Shown here in pieces: positions 15,148 to 28,038 of a stretch of 64,000 bases of DNA. The first letter of the stretch is position 1. Each line of letters opens with the position of its first letter. Source of the DNA: Kudoa neothunni (taxonomy: Eukaryota; Animalia; Cnidaria); contig OZ199839.1 in assembly GCA_964304625.1 (NCBI GenBank), forward strand, positions 1,862,093-1,926,092. The letters run 5' to 3'. Under the pieces are notes generated by a model that made no database searches, was not told where the DNA came from, and was given only the letters and a program-made list of their open reading frames with translations. A program made the position numbers and the translations under genes.

Positions 15148-17583
15148 TATACCGTTTTTCCATGATATGGATGAATTCTATATTTATATAGATATTTTTA
15201 TTCAGATTTCATTTGGGTTTTAAAATAAGTTAGCATTAGAAAAAAGTTCAAAAAAAATCTCAATTTACTAGCAAATAGTTAATTCTATGTTTAGGTATTT
15301 CAACAATTACTATAACCGTCTAATTTTATTTTATATCAATATCTCAAAAATTTTAATTATTAAATCGTCTAATGTGCACCATCTCTGTCCTCATAAAAGT
15401 TGTCATAAAATTCTTTGGTAACATCACATGACTCGACTAAAAACCCAATCTTGTAATGCTATTCTTCAATTTCAAAATTTCCTGATTTATTTCCCGAAAC
15501 GCATTCCTACGATTGTTGACAATTTAGTTTCTGTTTTAATTGAACTTCTATTTCAGGAAGTATTATAATTTTTTGTACAACAGGTAATCAATTTTCTGTA
15601 ATCCCCATGGGGACCAAAAAAAAGTTACTGAAAATGCATCACTGACCGATTATTACTTACTTTTTGATATGTGCGCGGACAATTAAAAATATTTTTTATT
15701 GAAGTAATGTAATAAAGTTCCCGATTATCATTTTTTACAAAGATGTTTATATTTTTAACATAACCTGAATAAATCTGGTGGCAATGCACTCTAGATCATT
15801 ATCATTTTCATTAATGTGGAATTTTACCGAAATACTATTGTAGTTGGGCTCTGAAAAATAAATTCTTCGCTTATTGAGAGATAGTAGTTAACTTGCTGAA
15901 TTTTTTTAATGATTCGATAATGTTATATAATTTAGTTTCATGATTAAAAGCTGAGCTACTGAGATATATATAAATTGTCTGCAGTATTTTTTCATTTACT
16001 ATTTTAATCAATTTAGTATATTTTAAATGTTTTATAATCACTCTTGCTTTCTTATTTTACTCGAACTGAATGAGTGAATTTATATCGTCGTTAAAAAATC
16101 GTTAATTCTTATGATGATAAATCAAAGGACGTTCTGAATAACCCCTAGAAATGGATATATAAAATTAGCTCATCAATCATTTTAAATCTCTTTTCTATAT
16201 GGGAGTTAGATTCCAGACATAAACCAAAGTTTAGTTTAGAAAGTTTGTACATATCAAAATAATCTTACATTGATTTGTTTATTGAATAGGATAGTTTGAT
16301 CTAAATTTCACAAAAAACGTCGTTAGAAGGTTGAAGATTTTGCAACAATATCACCCAATTTGTTTTACTAATTATGGTGACAATTTTAAATGAATAAATG
16401 ATCACCAAAGAAAATTGACAATCTTTAAATTACGCGCGACCTATAACCATAGGTCACCTAAAAGTAATAGTTTTTTAATTGAACTCCTTTACTGATTTGA
16501 TTTCACATTTAATCGTCTATAATAAATCGAATTTCTCGACTTATAACACCTTTAATAATTCATAAAGTATAGCATAAAAATTATTATTTGGTCCTTCCTC
16601 CAGAATGTTTCTTTTGAATGAATCTAAACTTATTTTATATGAGGGAAATTAATTCGACATTCTTGTCTTCTGATTTTTCTAAGTGGAAATAGGTACGAGA
16701 TAAAAAGAGCAAAATGTGAGATTTATCAACTTTTATTCGCAAATTTTCAAATAATGGAAAAAGAATTAACTGTTTTCTATTTCTAAATGATTTATAATGT
16801 TATCATGGATGTAATTAATTAAAGCATAGGATCTAGAAAATTAAGGTTGTAGCCGATAAACTACGTAAAATCGATAATCCGCATTTTTTATAAAAAAAAC
16901 TTCTTTATAAATTTATTTGTTTATAACATTTAATTTCAATTACGTAGAATAAATTGTCTTAATTTACAAAAATAGTTTTGATTCTGATAATTATATATAA
17001 TAGAAGAAAAAGTAAAAGTACGGAAAATCGATTACCTACTGTGCTTATATTATATTGATGTATGGTTTAGAAAAATCACTCCATCATTTTGGCGATTGAA
17101 TATAGTTGGGATTAATTTAATCCCATATAGATAGTACTTAGTTAAAATATGCCAATTATAGCAATTTTATTCCAATACTTAATTAAAATCTCTATTAGAA
17201 AATTTTCTTATAATGCAATGAGGAGTTACATTTTACTTTTTAAACATTTATTAATTTAAACCCTCTCACACGACTCCTTGAGGTCATATAATTTAAAACA
17301 TTCGCTATTTTCATTTATCAATCTTATCTTTTTATTATTGTGAAAAAATTAACAAAAACATTATCACGGCGTGCACCAGGGGATTCATGTTGAAACGCAC
17401 CGATTTACTTCGTAGTAAAAAAATCGTGTAGTAAATTAAGAAATTACGGGAAAAATTTAAGAACCATTAATTTTCCGTAAATTTTGGTTTTTCCAAAAAC
17501 TTTATAAGCTAAAATCAAAAAATACATTCGTCTGCGCGAGCATATAGTTGGTCACCCCTTTATTTTTCCTTTATTCAGCTCAC

Positions 17584-18495
17584 ATGCTTCCAACACCCTA
17601 TTACAATAGTTGGTTATCGAATGCTGAATTTAGAGAGGATGTTTATGAGCCCTCTGAAGATTCGTTTCTCTTGATTGATGCTTTGGAAGAGCTTTTTCCT
17701 AAAATAGATCCTAAAGAGTTTTTATTTGTTGTTTCTTCATTCATTAAGTTTCTTTTATATAGATACATTTTGGGGATTGAAATCGGGTCTGGAAGTGGAA
17801 TAGTTTATGACTTTTGTTAGCAAACATCTTCCTCACATGTTTTTGATGTATTCGAGTGGGATAGGATATGTAATAAGTGATGAGTTTTAGTGGGGTTGAT
17901 ATTAACCCTAAAGCTACAATGTGTAGCCAAGAGATTTGCAAAGAAAATGACGTCCATAGTCGAACAGACATAATTAACGGTGATCTAGTATTTTTTAAAA
18001 TGGTCTTATTATCTAATTTAATATGGGAAGTTTGGTTCACTAGAGAAAAAATCGAATAGCTTCGAGAAAAGCAATATCAACAGAAACTTTGACTTGATAG
18101 TTTTCAACACCCCTTACGTTTGTACTCCCAATGAAAATTGCACAGTAGACTGTATCGATGTGATGGAAAATAATTCATTTACTCAAAGGCGCCTTATGCA
18201 ACCATTTCTGCTGGTATCGAGCTGAGTTGGAAGGGAGGCCCACATGGAAGAGACGTTACAGATCGTTTTCTTGAACAACTCCCTTCATTTCTTCCTATCC
18301 TCAGGGAATTGCTTTAATACTGGTTTCTCACCGAAATAACCCTTGTAATTTTTGAGAAATTTTTTGGTTTTATATTTTTATATATTAGATGAGATAATCG
18401 AGCGATTGAAAAATGCCAAATTGGTCGGCCAAATATTTCTCCAGAGAAAAAACCCTTTAGAGAAACTTATTATTTTAAAAATAACGTGGTTATAA
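17584..18495 (+). CDS. N6AMT1: HemK2/N6AMT1 (Mtq2-like) eRF1 glutamine methyltransferase, multi-exon
   Basis: MLPTP...DVYEPSEDSFLLIDALE, EIGSGSGIV, GVDINPKA, DLIVFNTPYV, WKGGPHGRDVTDRFL, NNP.EI; short GT-AG introns; extra bases at ~17805 and ~18292. Confidence 0.92.
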
Positions 18496-18814
18496 TATAA
18501 AAAATTAGATATTGTACATATAAATTTACGTGGAAAGAAAAATTTACCATCTGTTCAATTTTATACTGAACTAAATCCTCTTTAATTGCTTCAATCGACT
18601 TTTCTTTGTTGAACCGAGATATGGCCAAGAGCAAATACTTTTTGGGTCGATGCTTCCCAGCGTGGGGTGTGTGCACTAATTTTAAGCAGTCCGTGAGAAT
18701 GCTTTTATCTTAAAAAATTAATCTTTCGTAAATTCTTGGTTATAACAAAAATCAAGTTTAAAACCATAATTCTGGTGCAATAACAATATCATACATGTAA
18801 ATATACGTGTTTAA

Positions 18815-19937
18815 CCCTTACGGGACCAAGTCAGGTCTGCCGAGACCCCAAATACGTCTTTTTTATCATAACTCTAAAAATCGGCTTCTGTCGATGTTAA
18901 AATTTTTTCTCTGTTTTGTTTCACTTATAATAAAACACAATATCTTGATTGCATTCTCAATTATATATATTCGTAATCTCAATTATTTATTTTGTAAATA
19001 TTACTTTTATCAAAATAACGACAAAATCTCAGAAGACTGCCGCTATAGATTAGCGATAACTAATCCGAATGATCTCCTACGTTTTGTTGCTTTTCCCAAT
19101 AAATTAAATTTGTTGCTCTCAAAAAACAATTAAAATAGTGCTGAAGACTACATCGATGATTATTCTGTGGTTGGGGCAATATCCGAATATAACATGTCTG
19201 AATCAGACCTGGAAAGCATGGATGAATGTGTTATGACATTGAGAAATGCGATGACCAATCAGGTGATACTGATTATTCGCATGAGCATGTTGATAATGCT
19301 TCAATGTTTTCTGATCACCTGGACTGGAATGATCTTTAGAAATTTTTAGGCTCACGAAGCGTTATTCTCTAAACATTAATTAGGCGGGTTCTTAAACTTA
19401 AACGACATCATATTATTTGATTTTGGTCGCGATTATTTATAATCCTTGATATGAAAGAATATTTGATTTTGAAACAAAAAGCGCACTTAAAAACATGATG
19501 AAATTTGTTTAGTTTAAAAGATATGTGGAACTTCATAATCTTAAGATCAGTCCTTCACCGTCATGCGGCGGCCAAGTGTTGTGTAATATTATGCCTCATT
19601 TACTTTATAAATTATAATTATTGATTCCATATAATGTCTTTAGTTCTAATAAACAATTAAATTTTGCACGAATTAACAATATATGCACATATCAAGGTAT
19701 ATAATGCGCTCATTCAAGTGTAATCTTCGTGAACTACCAAATCACAAAAATTTAGATATTTATTGACAATCAAAAAATTACATAATAATTGTAACATCAA
19801 TTAGTTCATTATTATGTTTACTGTTAAATATACGAGTTTGATTTAATTTAATCAGGTTTAAGTTCTATTTTTACTGGGGTCTCGCGACACCCCAGTAGGG
19901 CACACACGGTGTTTCAAATCGGTTGGTGCCGGAAGGG
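18815..19937 (+). mobile_element. piggyBac-derived non-autonomous element
   Basis: TTAA|CCCTTACGGGACCAA ... TTGGTGCCGGAAGGG|TTAG; subterminal GAGACCCC / GGGGTCTC; acidic N-terminal-like remnant (SEYNMSESDLESMDE). Confidence 0.8.
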
Positions 19938-19945
19938 TTAGTATA

Positions 19946-20757
19946 CGGTGACTTATGGGTCGTGCGTTATCAAGAGGGAAATCCAAACAACTGCGCACGA
20001 GCCCTAATTACGCACGATACGTAACTTTGCGCATTGGAAATTAGACAAAAAATAAAAAAATTAGGTTATATTTCGACCGACTAGCATACATATTCAGTTT
20101 AATATTTGAATTGATTTGAAATTTGAAAATTCACAAAAAATGTATTATGCGAAATGTGAAATCTTTTTATTAAATCACGAACCAACTAGTAAATACAGGT
20201 GCTGATTTTGAGGCATCATGAGGAATTCATTAGCTTTATTAATAAAAACATATTGATAATCTACTATCTTTTGTTCTCATCAGTATAATGCTCTCATCCA
20301 CTTGTAGATCAATATCCGTAGTTTCTCCTTTTGAAAGTTTTTATTGCTTTTGAACTAAACAATCGTTGTAATGTTTAAACACCCAATCTATATAGTTATA
20401 ATACTATTCAAGACAGATCTTATTTTTGCATCAAAGATCTTCATTGTTTCAAATTTAGCGTTTGATTTTTATTTATTCGTTACTTTTTGATAATATTTTA
20501 TAACTTCAACTTTTGGGGATAGAGTTAGAATTTTTTACCATCTGTTGATGTGTAAGCCATAATCTTCATAGATATGGAAAAAAATCATTACGCACGACAC
20601 ATAAAATGCATAAACTATTGATATTTTAATTTTCCCAAAGTCAAATCAAGGAAATATATTACTTTTGTTATAATGTTTACATAGTAAAAATTAAATTTTC
20701 TATATATTCATGAATTTATGTTTTACTGCGATATTACATACAACCCATAAGTCACTG
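19946..20757. mobile_element. TIR element (Tc1/pogo-like MITE)
   Basis: CGGTGACTTATGGGTCGT ... ACAACCCATAAGTCACTG inverted ends; TA on left flank only. Confidence 0.6.
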
Positions 20758-21067
20758 GACTTAGGAGTCCACATTCATAACTTAATTAGTCGTGGGTCCG
20801 TGCACCAAAAATATTGGAAACGCCGACCTAGTGGTTTAAATATTGATCGTTTGTATCCTCGAACCACGAATAGAAAAAGCGATGCAGAAGTGTTTGATAA
20901 CACCGGAAATCAGCTTAAAATGGAATTTGCACTATCTAGGTCTGTTTAAAAATGTTTTATGTTTCTGTTTATTTCTATTTTTATAGTCGACGAAAAAAAG
21001 AACTAACAAAAATAAATAAATAATGGGCAATAGATAGAATAATTAAAAACATGCAAGATCATTTATC

Positions 21068-24000
21068 TTATCTTATATTGTGCTGGGATGGATTTGATTC
21101 CGGGTGGTCGCCATTTTCATCGTGACGATTGTGGTTGTAGTATTGGAAATTCCTCTTTGATTTTTCGAAACTTTCCATCTACAAATCCGAAATAAATAAA
21201 TTAAATATCCCATAAAAAATTACGTTCTCTAAAAGATTTTCGAATTTTTCAAGAATACGATCCTTTTCTTTTCACATTGAATATCGAGAATGTGTCTCTA
21301 AATTAACAAAAATCAATTCAACATAGTGAAATAGTAGAGAACATATCTTGTTCTTTTTATGGGAATTAATTAGCTGAATAATTTATACGTCCATCAATTA
21401 ATGTTCTTAATATATAAAACTAGCCCACTAGGGCTTACCATCACAAAAATTTCTCTACGTTGAGCCATTTAATGAGAAAGTCAATGCTGATAGCATAAAA
21501 TATAGTTCGAATATCAAGTAAAGACGATATTCGAATTAATTAAATTAATTTATATTTGGAAACCATATTTAATAAAAATACATGTTGTATATTAATTTTC
21601 ATCTTTTAAAAATTGTTTAGATGTTGCCATAGATAAAATGTGCAGAATAGTTCGAAGAAAAAAATCTACAACATTTAAATTATTCTACGATATGATTTTA
21701 CTCTTTCTATATCGATCCTTATTCTAATAAAGATATTACAGACAAAAAATAAATCATTAATCAAAACATAATTATTGATCTAAGTCATTTATCGGTGAAA
21801 TATAATTTTTTCAAAATCATCATTCTTTATAATAAATTTTTAATTATTGTATCCATAACATTAGCAATTCATAAATTTTAATATATCGCCGCTGAGAGAA
21901 ACTGATAAATTAATGTTTGATATTTCTTTAGGGTCTGAATATTTTGCTAGTACTTTGTAATTTCACAATGATTGCAAATTATTAAAATTTCTAAGGACGA
22001 ATGATTATTTCATAGTTTGGGAGACATTTCCCAACAAAACTGGCATGTATTTACTAAAAATATGAATATAAAAGAGCATTCTCTAATTAGAGGATATATT
22101 AAATTAAATGGCATCTCGAAAAAGACATGAAAATCCCAGATCGAGTAAAAATAAACGATTGTAATGCAGAATCCCCCAAAACCTCGGATGTGAAATAATA
22201 AACATACTTCTTGTTCAATATTTCTAATCTGCGTCTCCAGTTGTTTCCTTTTGTCATTCAATTCTTCGAGAGTATCGGTGAGTGCGTACTCTTCTCTAAA
22301 TCGAAATAGCATGGTAACCACTATGCGAAATGAACCAATTAGATACTTTTTTGCTTCGTGATATTCATTCTCTTCAGAATCGACTATCCTTTTTACTGTC
22401 TGTTCCAATTCATCCAAATACTTCTTCTTGCATTTTATATTCTCCAGCAGTTTCTAGTGAACTTTGTTATATTTTGCAAAAAAAACAGCCTCATCTTACA
22501 TTTTTGCATTTGTTTAATGAGGTCAGTTGATTCTCGAGATTACTTAAGTTTTCCGCAGGACTGTTCTTATAGGCGGTAAGTTTGCTAGATGATTTTCGCA
22601 ACTTGATCATTAGAGCATTACCAAATACCTTATATTATCATTCACTTCCTGAATTTTTTGAATTTTCACATAAATAGCTTTCAACTCCTGAAATAAGCAC
22701 ATGGAGTGGAAATAACAAGATAAAAGTAACTACGTTTTCTAAGCCAACATACTTGAGTAGATCACTCCGTTTGCTGTCTATATTGTGACCTTTCTTGATA
22801 AGACTATCCATCAAAGAGTCCATTTGTTTCTTAACTTGTTGATACTCCTATGATAGATAATTTACGATGGATTTATTTACAGAAAACCGCAGGAGTTACA
22901 TAATTAACCATTTAACGTTAAAATTTTTTATCATCTTTCCCGCATTACAAAATCGTTACAAAATAGGTCTTAAATAATTTTGAAAAATTTAGTAAGGGTA
23001 AAATAATACATATATTGATCATACAAAAATTTTATCATTACTGATTACGAGAAAATTGAATCAACGTAAACATTACAATAAAAAATGTTACTTTATTAAA
23101 AACCTCTGGATATGGAACCATAGCATCCTTTAATTTATTCAGCTGAGTGACACTTTCTTCAATTTTCTTCTCGTTGAGCTCCTAAAGTATTAGTCTTCAA
23201 ATTTTACTACACTTTGGAGCAAATACAATTTTAGCCAACAAACCATCTCTTTTAGATTCGTTTTCTTGAGCTTTATTCGAGATTTCTTGCTAAAGCATGA
23301 GTTTAATAAATAATTGCATTTTTAAATAAAAATACTTTTTCGGCTGACTTATTGTCAAACGTTTGTCTCAACTTTTCAAAATTTTCACTTAACTTTCTTA
23401 CCACTTCTTGATTCATCAACAACTCGTTCCTAACGTCAAAGTAAACAAACAAGAACTCAGCGAAACCATCAATTACCTCTGATGAGGCAGCGAAAGTTTG
23501 AGATCATTAACTTTGTCATAGATTGAAGTGATTTGGTTCTTATATGCGGACTATCAAACGAATTAGCTACTAATTACGTAACGTCAGATATACTATGTGT
23601 GAGTAGGAGGATTCAAATATTTCATTAGTTTGATCTTTGAAATAAACCAATTGTGCAATTATTCTTATAATTTGAATATAAATAACCACACTTAACATTG
23701 AACTCACTCATATATTGGACGAATTTTGGAGGTGCCTAATATTTTAGATGTATTTCAATAGCATTAATGATAACAATCAATAGAGAGAATTATACGTGGG
23801 CGAACCATGTCAAAAATATCAAAATCGACATTTTCATCAACTATCCCAAGCACATATTTACTTAATAACAAACTTCAATAAAACTTCATTACTATCCCAA
23901 CTAATTACGATATCAGAAAAATATTTAATTGTGATATCGCATTTGTGTAAGCATCCAGGTTTGTACTAAACAGTGTGGAGCTTTGGATTGAAGGCTAAAT

Positions 24001-24214
24001 ATCAAAAGATTACCAACAGAATTGTTGCTGAATTAGTTACATGACACAAACTATCGACATCAACATCTAGATGTTTTAGCATAACCACCAACAAATTTAC
24101 AAACGTGTTTGACTAAAATTAGTCAAATAGTCGTTAAAGTCCAACAAACGCTGAATTTCATCTCAAACCAATATCAAGCTCAATACTCATTCGAAATGCA
24201 TAATTCACGGCCAT
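21068..24214 (-). CDS. NUF2: probable kinetochore protein Nuf2 (CH domain plus coiled coil), multi-exon
   Basis: Spliced peptides LDAYTNAISQLNIFLI / VDFDIFDMVRP / PPKFVQYMS / IIAQLVYFKDQTNEIF resemble the Nuf2 CH-domain pattern (DF...D+..P...R....S.++N+..F+E), followed by long heptad-rich exons (ORFs 22010-22417, 22638-22823); ~0.9 kb intron ~21299-22207. Confidence 0.6.
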
Positions 24215-25239
24215 TACAGTTACAATTTAAAAAGTTTAATTAGCCCATCAAAAAACATAGCATAAGTAAAAAAAATCTCCCTAATATTTCAAATAAAATG
24301 ATGCATATTATATTTTTTAACAAATTCAGAAAATAATTTTATATATAAGGTGATAGATATACGATCTGTGAAGTTGATAGTAAGTTGAACAGATTTTAAG
24401 TTAAATTATACCATAAAACAATAAAACAAAATAAGACAGTTAAAACAAAAATCTATAACGGTAACAGCAGCAAAACATAAGTCAAATAAATAAACCCTAT
24501 CGGCTTATTTAGATGAATTTTTTGAATATTCGTAAGACTGGTTAGTAAAGTTAAATGTGAGAAACATATATTTTAAAATCTAGTAAATAATCAATATTGA
24601 AAAGCTTTCTGCTTTCTAAATTAAAAGGTCAACGGGAAAGAATTAAATAATTAATGCGCAAGCAGATTTGTAGTCAAGGAAGAGACCTTAATGTGATAGA
24701 AACTTAATCGAGACAATACAGTCTAACACGAGTAATCATAATCCAACAAAGCTTCGGTAATTAGCTGGAGTGAACAGAAGTAATTTAGATTAAGTGAAAA
24801 GTGTTAAGTTCATATCTCATCTCAAATAATATTGTAACGGTTAGAAAATAGATAATATTCAATTTCAAAAAAATTTCCATTAAAAAATTAGTTGTTGGAT
24901 TGCTCAACCGAATTAGTTGATAATGAGTGCACACAATTAATTGATGCAATAAGTGATTAGGGATGGGTCGACTCAAAAAATAACGGATCATAATGAATCC
25001 AATAACAATATCAACTCATACAAAATACACTTATCAAAAAAAATGATCATAACGGTTTTAGAGCTATCTCGTTACTTTATCAGGCAAGTTCGTAGGTTAT
25101 GTTGTTTATTTATTAACAACATAAAAATTAATACTTTTAATTTATCCTAGTAAATAAATTCACGTGGAACCAAACATTACTGATAAAATAAAATTTCCTT
25201 CAATTCTAATGTTGTGTTCTTATTTAAACCCCTTATAAT

Positions 25240-26371
25240 ACATCAGGACTCTCGTGCAATATCCACCCTAATCAACAAGTGAAATGGTTCCCGATCCTTC
25301 ATCAGTATAATTTAGTAGCTCAATTTAGTTTCACGATTGAATACCCACCAGCATAGGCTTTCAATTCACCAAAACAATTCTCAGTCTTACTGAGAACAAA
25401 AGAGTAAAGTCTATTCTAATTGCTTAATTAACACCTGAAATCCATTGTAATGTTATATTCTTGTATTATAAAGAACAAAACAAATTTTCAATGACAATGA
25501 CAATCTTCGTAATAAATAATACTCAGGTGTCACTAGTTTTGACTATACAGTAGGTGACCACTCGGCCGTAATCCTCACGGGGATTAAAAAATGTACAATA
25601 ACTGGGGTCACTACCCAATTTTTCACACTCTTGTCGCATGAGCAAGCATAATATACGACAACAAAATAAATATAACAACTCGCATCATTGATAAAACTTG
25701 TATTATTTGAGGTTTAATAATTAATAATTTATTCTATTCGTAAAATACAATCCAATCTCGAATAAAATAATAATTTGGTTTTTTCTAATTAGGATATACC
25801 ATGCAACGTTGAAATAATGGTTAACTTAAAGTGGGTGAGCAGTAGTAGTAGTCATGGCACCCCTCTACGACAAGGAATCAAAATGCATGCCTATTTAATA
25901 TTTTTTCTATGTATATCAGTAATTACAGCTTTATCTGTAATTACGAAAAACACACAAAATAGTCACAATGAATTAAAATTAAAAAAACATTTTAATTCAT
26001 TTGATGCATAATATTGCAAAATAGTATTATATGTCTTTATAAAAAACTTAACCAAGCAAAATCTTTTTGTTAATGTGCGAATGAGTCGACAGTGCGAAAA
26101 ACTGGTCACCGACTGTATTTAATTATTTCTCGCCTTAAGAATGCTGCTGTGAACCAGAAATAATCGAATATGGCAGATGCTAAAAAGTTAAAATTTTATG
26201 TAGATTGTGAATAAGAATTGTTGGGATTAAAAATCAAACGGCGAGCGTACTTGTCATTTAAGATTAAAATTTACCTTGCCAATAGTCCTCCTCCCCTATT
26301 TATAGTGTTACATTACAACCCACTTTAAATTCAGCAACATCACAGATATTAATAGGAAACACTCTTCGCAT
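25240..26371 (-). CDS. putative small secreted orphan protein (hand-reconstructed)
   Basis: After removing two duplicated bases exon 1 reads MRRVFLLISVMLLNLKWVVCNTINRGGGLLAR (signal-like); phase-2 GT at 26274 matches phase-2 AG at 25411, continuing LYSFVLSKTENCFGELKAYAGGYSIVKL; 3' end unclear. Confidence 0.35.
25548..26115. mobile_element. Tc1/pogo-like MITE, same terminal family as 13106-15147
   Basis: TA|CAGTAGGTGACCACT ... ACTGGTCACCGACTG|TA. Confidence 0.8.
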
Positions 26372-26439
26372 TCAAATTAAAGCATGGGAACTTCGTTTGA
26401 TTGAATGCTTTAAAGAAAAATCACTCCTAGGGTAGATGC

Positions 26440-27476
26440 CTAAGTTTTCTTTGTTTTTGCGTTTGCCATCACAATAAAAATAGACGCAGCTATGGCAATT
26501 GCCAGCTCAAAGTATTATCCAATATTTTGAATTAAGAACAATTCATAAATCAATTGACGCTCATTAGTAAATTGTTCTTTTTCTGACCAAAGAATCATTG
26601 CTGTTGATTAACGTTATATGAAAAAAGCTTATAATTAAAGGATTCTTATAACTATAATGACTCATTATATTAATTTTTAAATATAATTAAACTTTAATAA
26701 AACCAATGAATGAATACACACGCACACGCCAAGATGATTGATACAGGGGCGATATCGCTTAGCATGATGACAACATAATTAACAACATAGCTCGAGATTC
26801 ACTACTATAGAGTGTTTATAACGTCGCATAGTTGGAGCAGAAACACAGCCGGAATTTAACGTGTGCACAAAATTACGGATCGGCACCATAACAACAATTA
26901 CTATAATTAATTATGTAATTAATGTAGAGAATCAAAAAATGTAATATTATATGATAATCAACACGTAATGATCCAACCGGGACGTTACATACAAAATTAC
27001 TAGGAAAATAAACTGCAAAATAAAAAAATAGCACGCCCCTAAAGACTTATTATGGACACAGTTTAAGCATCTGTAACATCATTAACGATTAATTAGCATG
27101 CTTCGTAATAAGATTACCTTATATATATAAAGTAGGATTAACGGTGAGTAGCAATAAATGAAACGTAAGAAATGGAGAGGTCGTGTCACCACTCGAAAAC
27201 CCCATAATACGACACAACAAATAAAAAAATAAACACTGCATTTAACGCCAATATTGGTCTTATGGGGCAAATCATACAATAGGGCTCTTACCAATCAGAC
27301 TATGATTATAGGAGTAAACTTAAGGTGGGGATGAACCATTGAACACGAGCTTGAGTGAGATTACAATAAAAGCTTACGTCAGGTTTTGCAAAATCTTCAT
27401 AGGACAACTCAACGGCCAAATATCGTTCATAAACTGATTTTATCTGGTCATATAGCAACAAATACTCCTCATCCAT
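26440..27476 (-). CDS. multipass ER membrane protein, possibly a divergent TRIC/TMEM38-like channel
   Basis: Several hydrophobic exons (VQWFIPTL, VRALLYDLP, YFFICCVVLW, FIYCYSPLILLYIYK, SIILACACVFIHW) and C-terminus ELAIAIAASIFIVMANAKTKKT* with a KxKxx ER-retrieval motif; family assignment is weak. Confidence 0.5.
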
Positions 27477-28038
27477 TGGTTGAAACACTGTCACTAAGCG
27501 CGTTACCTACTAATCTTCTCAACAATACTACAAAATCTTCTCAATAATGTTATGATTGAACTTAGGTATCTGGGTAGGGTTTGGTCATCAAAACACCTGG
27601 ATTTCTGTTGATTTAAAATTGACCAGATTAAACTTAAGGTTGGTTTGTCAATAAATTGGCCGATGTACCATTCAATAAGGAAACGAATAGGTGATAATTA
27701 ATCTTCTGATGCATCACGTGTTGGTATAATAATACTAAGCTGGCAATACCCAATTATTAAAGCGGTGGATTTTGTGGCCTTTCACAGCTCATCGACAAGA
27801 TTTGACGTTTCATGAATAGTCGAATTAAGAAAACTTGGTAAATTACACCTATGTGACTTAATAAACGCCAACGCCACTGGTGAGTTAAGCTCAGCAGTGA
27901 TTTACATACAATCACGAAGTTGAAGCACGCGACCCGAAGGTGTTCCGATCGTCTTGCTGAATCTGAGCGTTGGTGAGGTAGGCCGACTTTAAAACATTGT
28001 CACTGAGCTGTTTTTTCTAATCGATTGTACCATTTAGT

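Noticed and set aside
18470-18710. Exon-like minus-strand ORF convergent with N6AMT1
   Set aside because: No recognisable homology and no start exon could be linked
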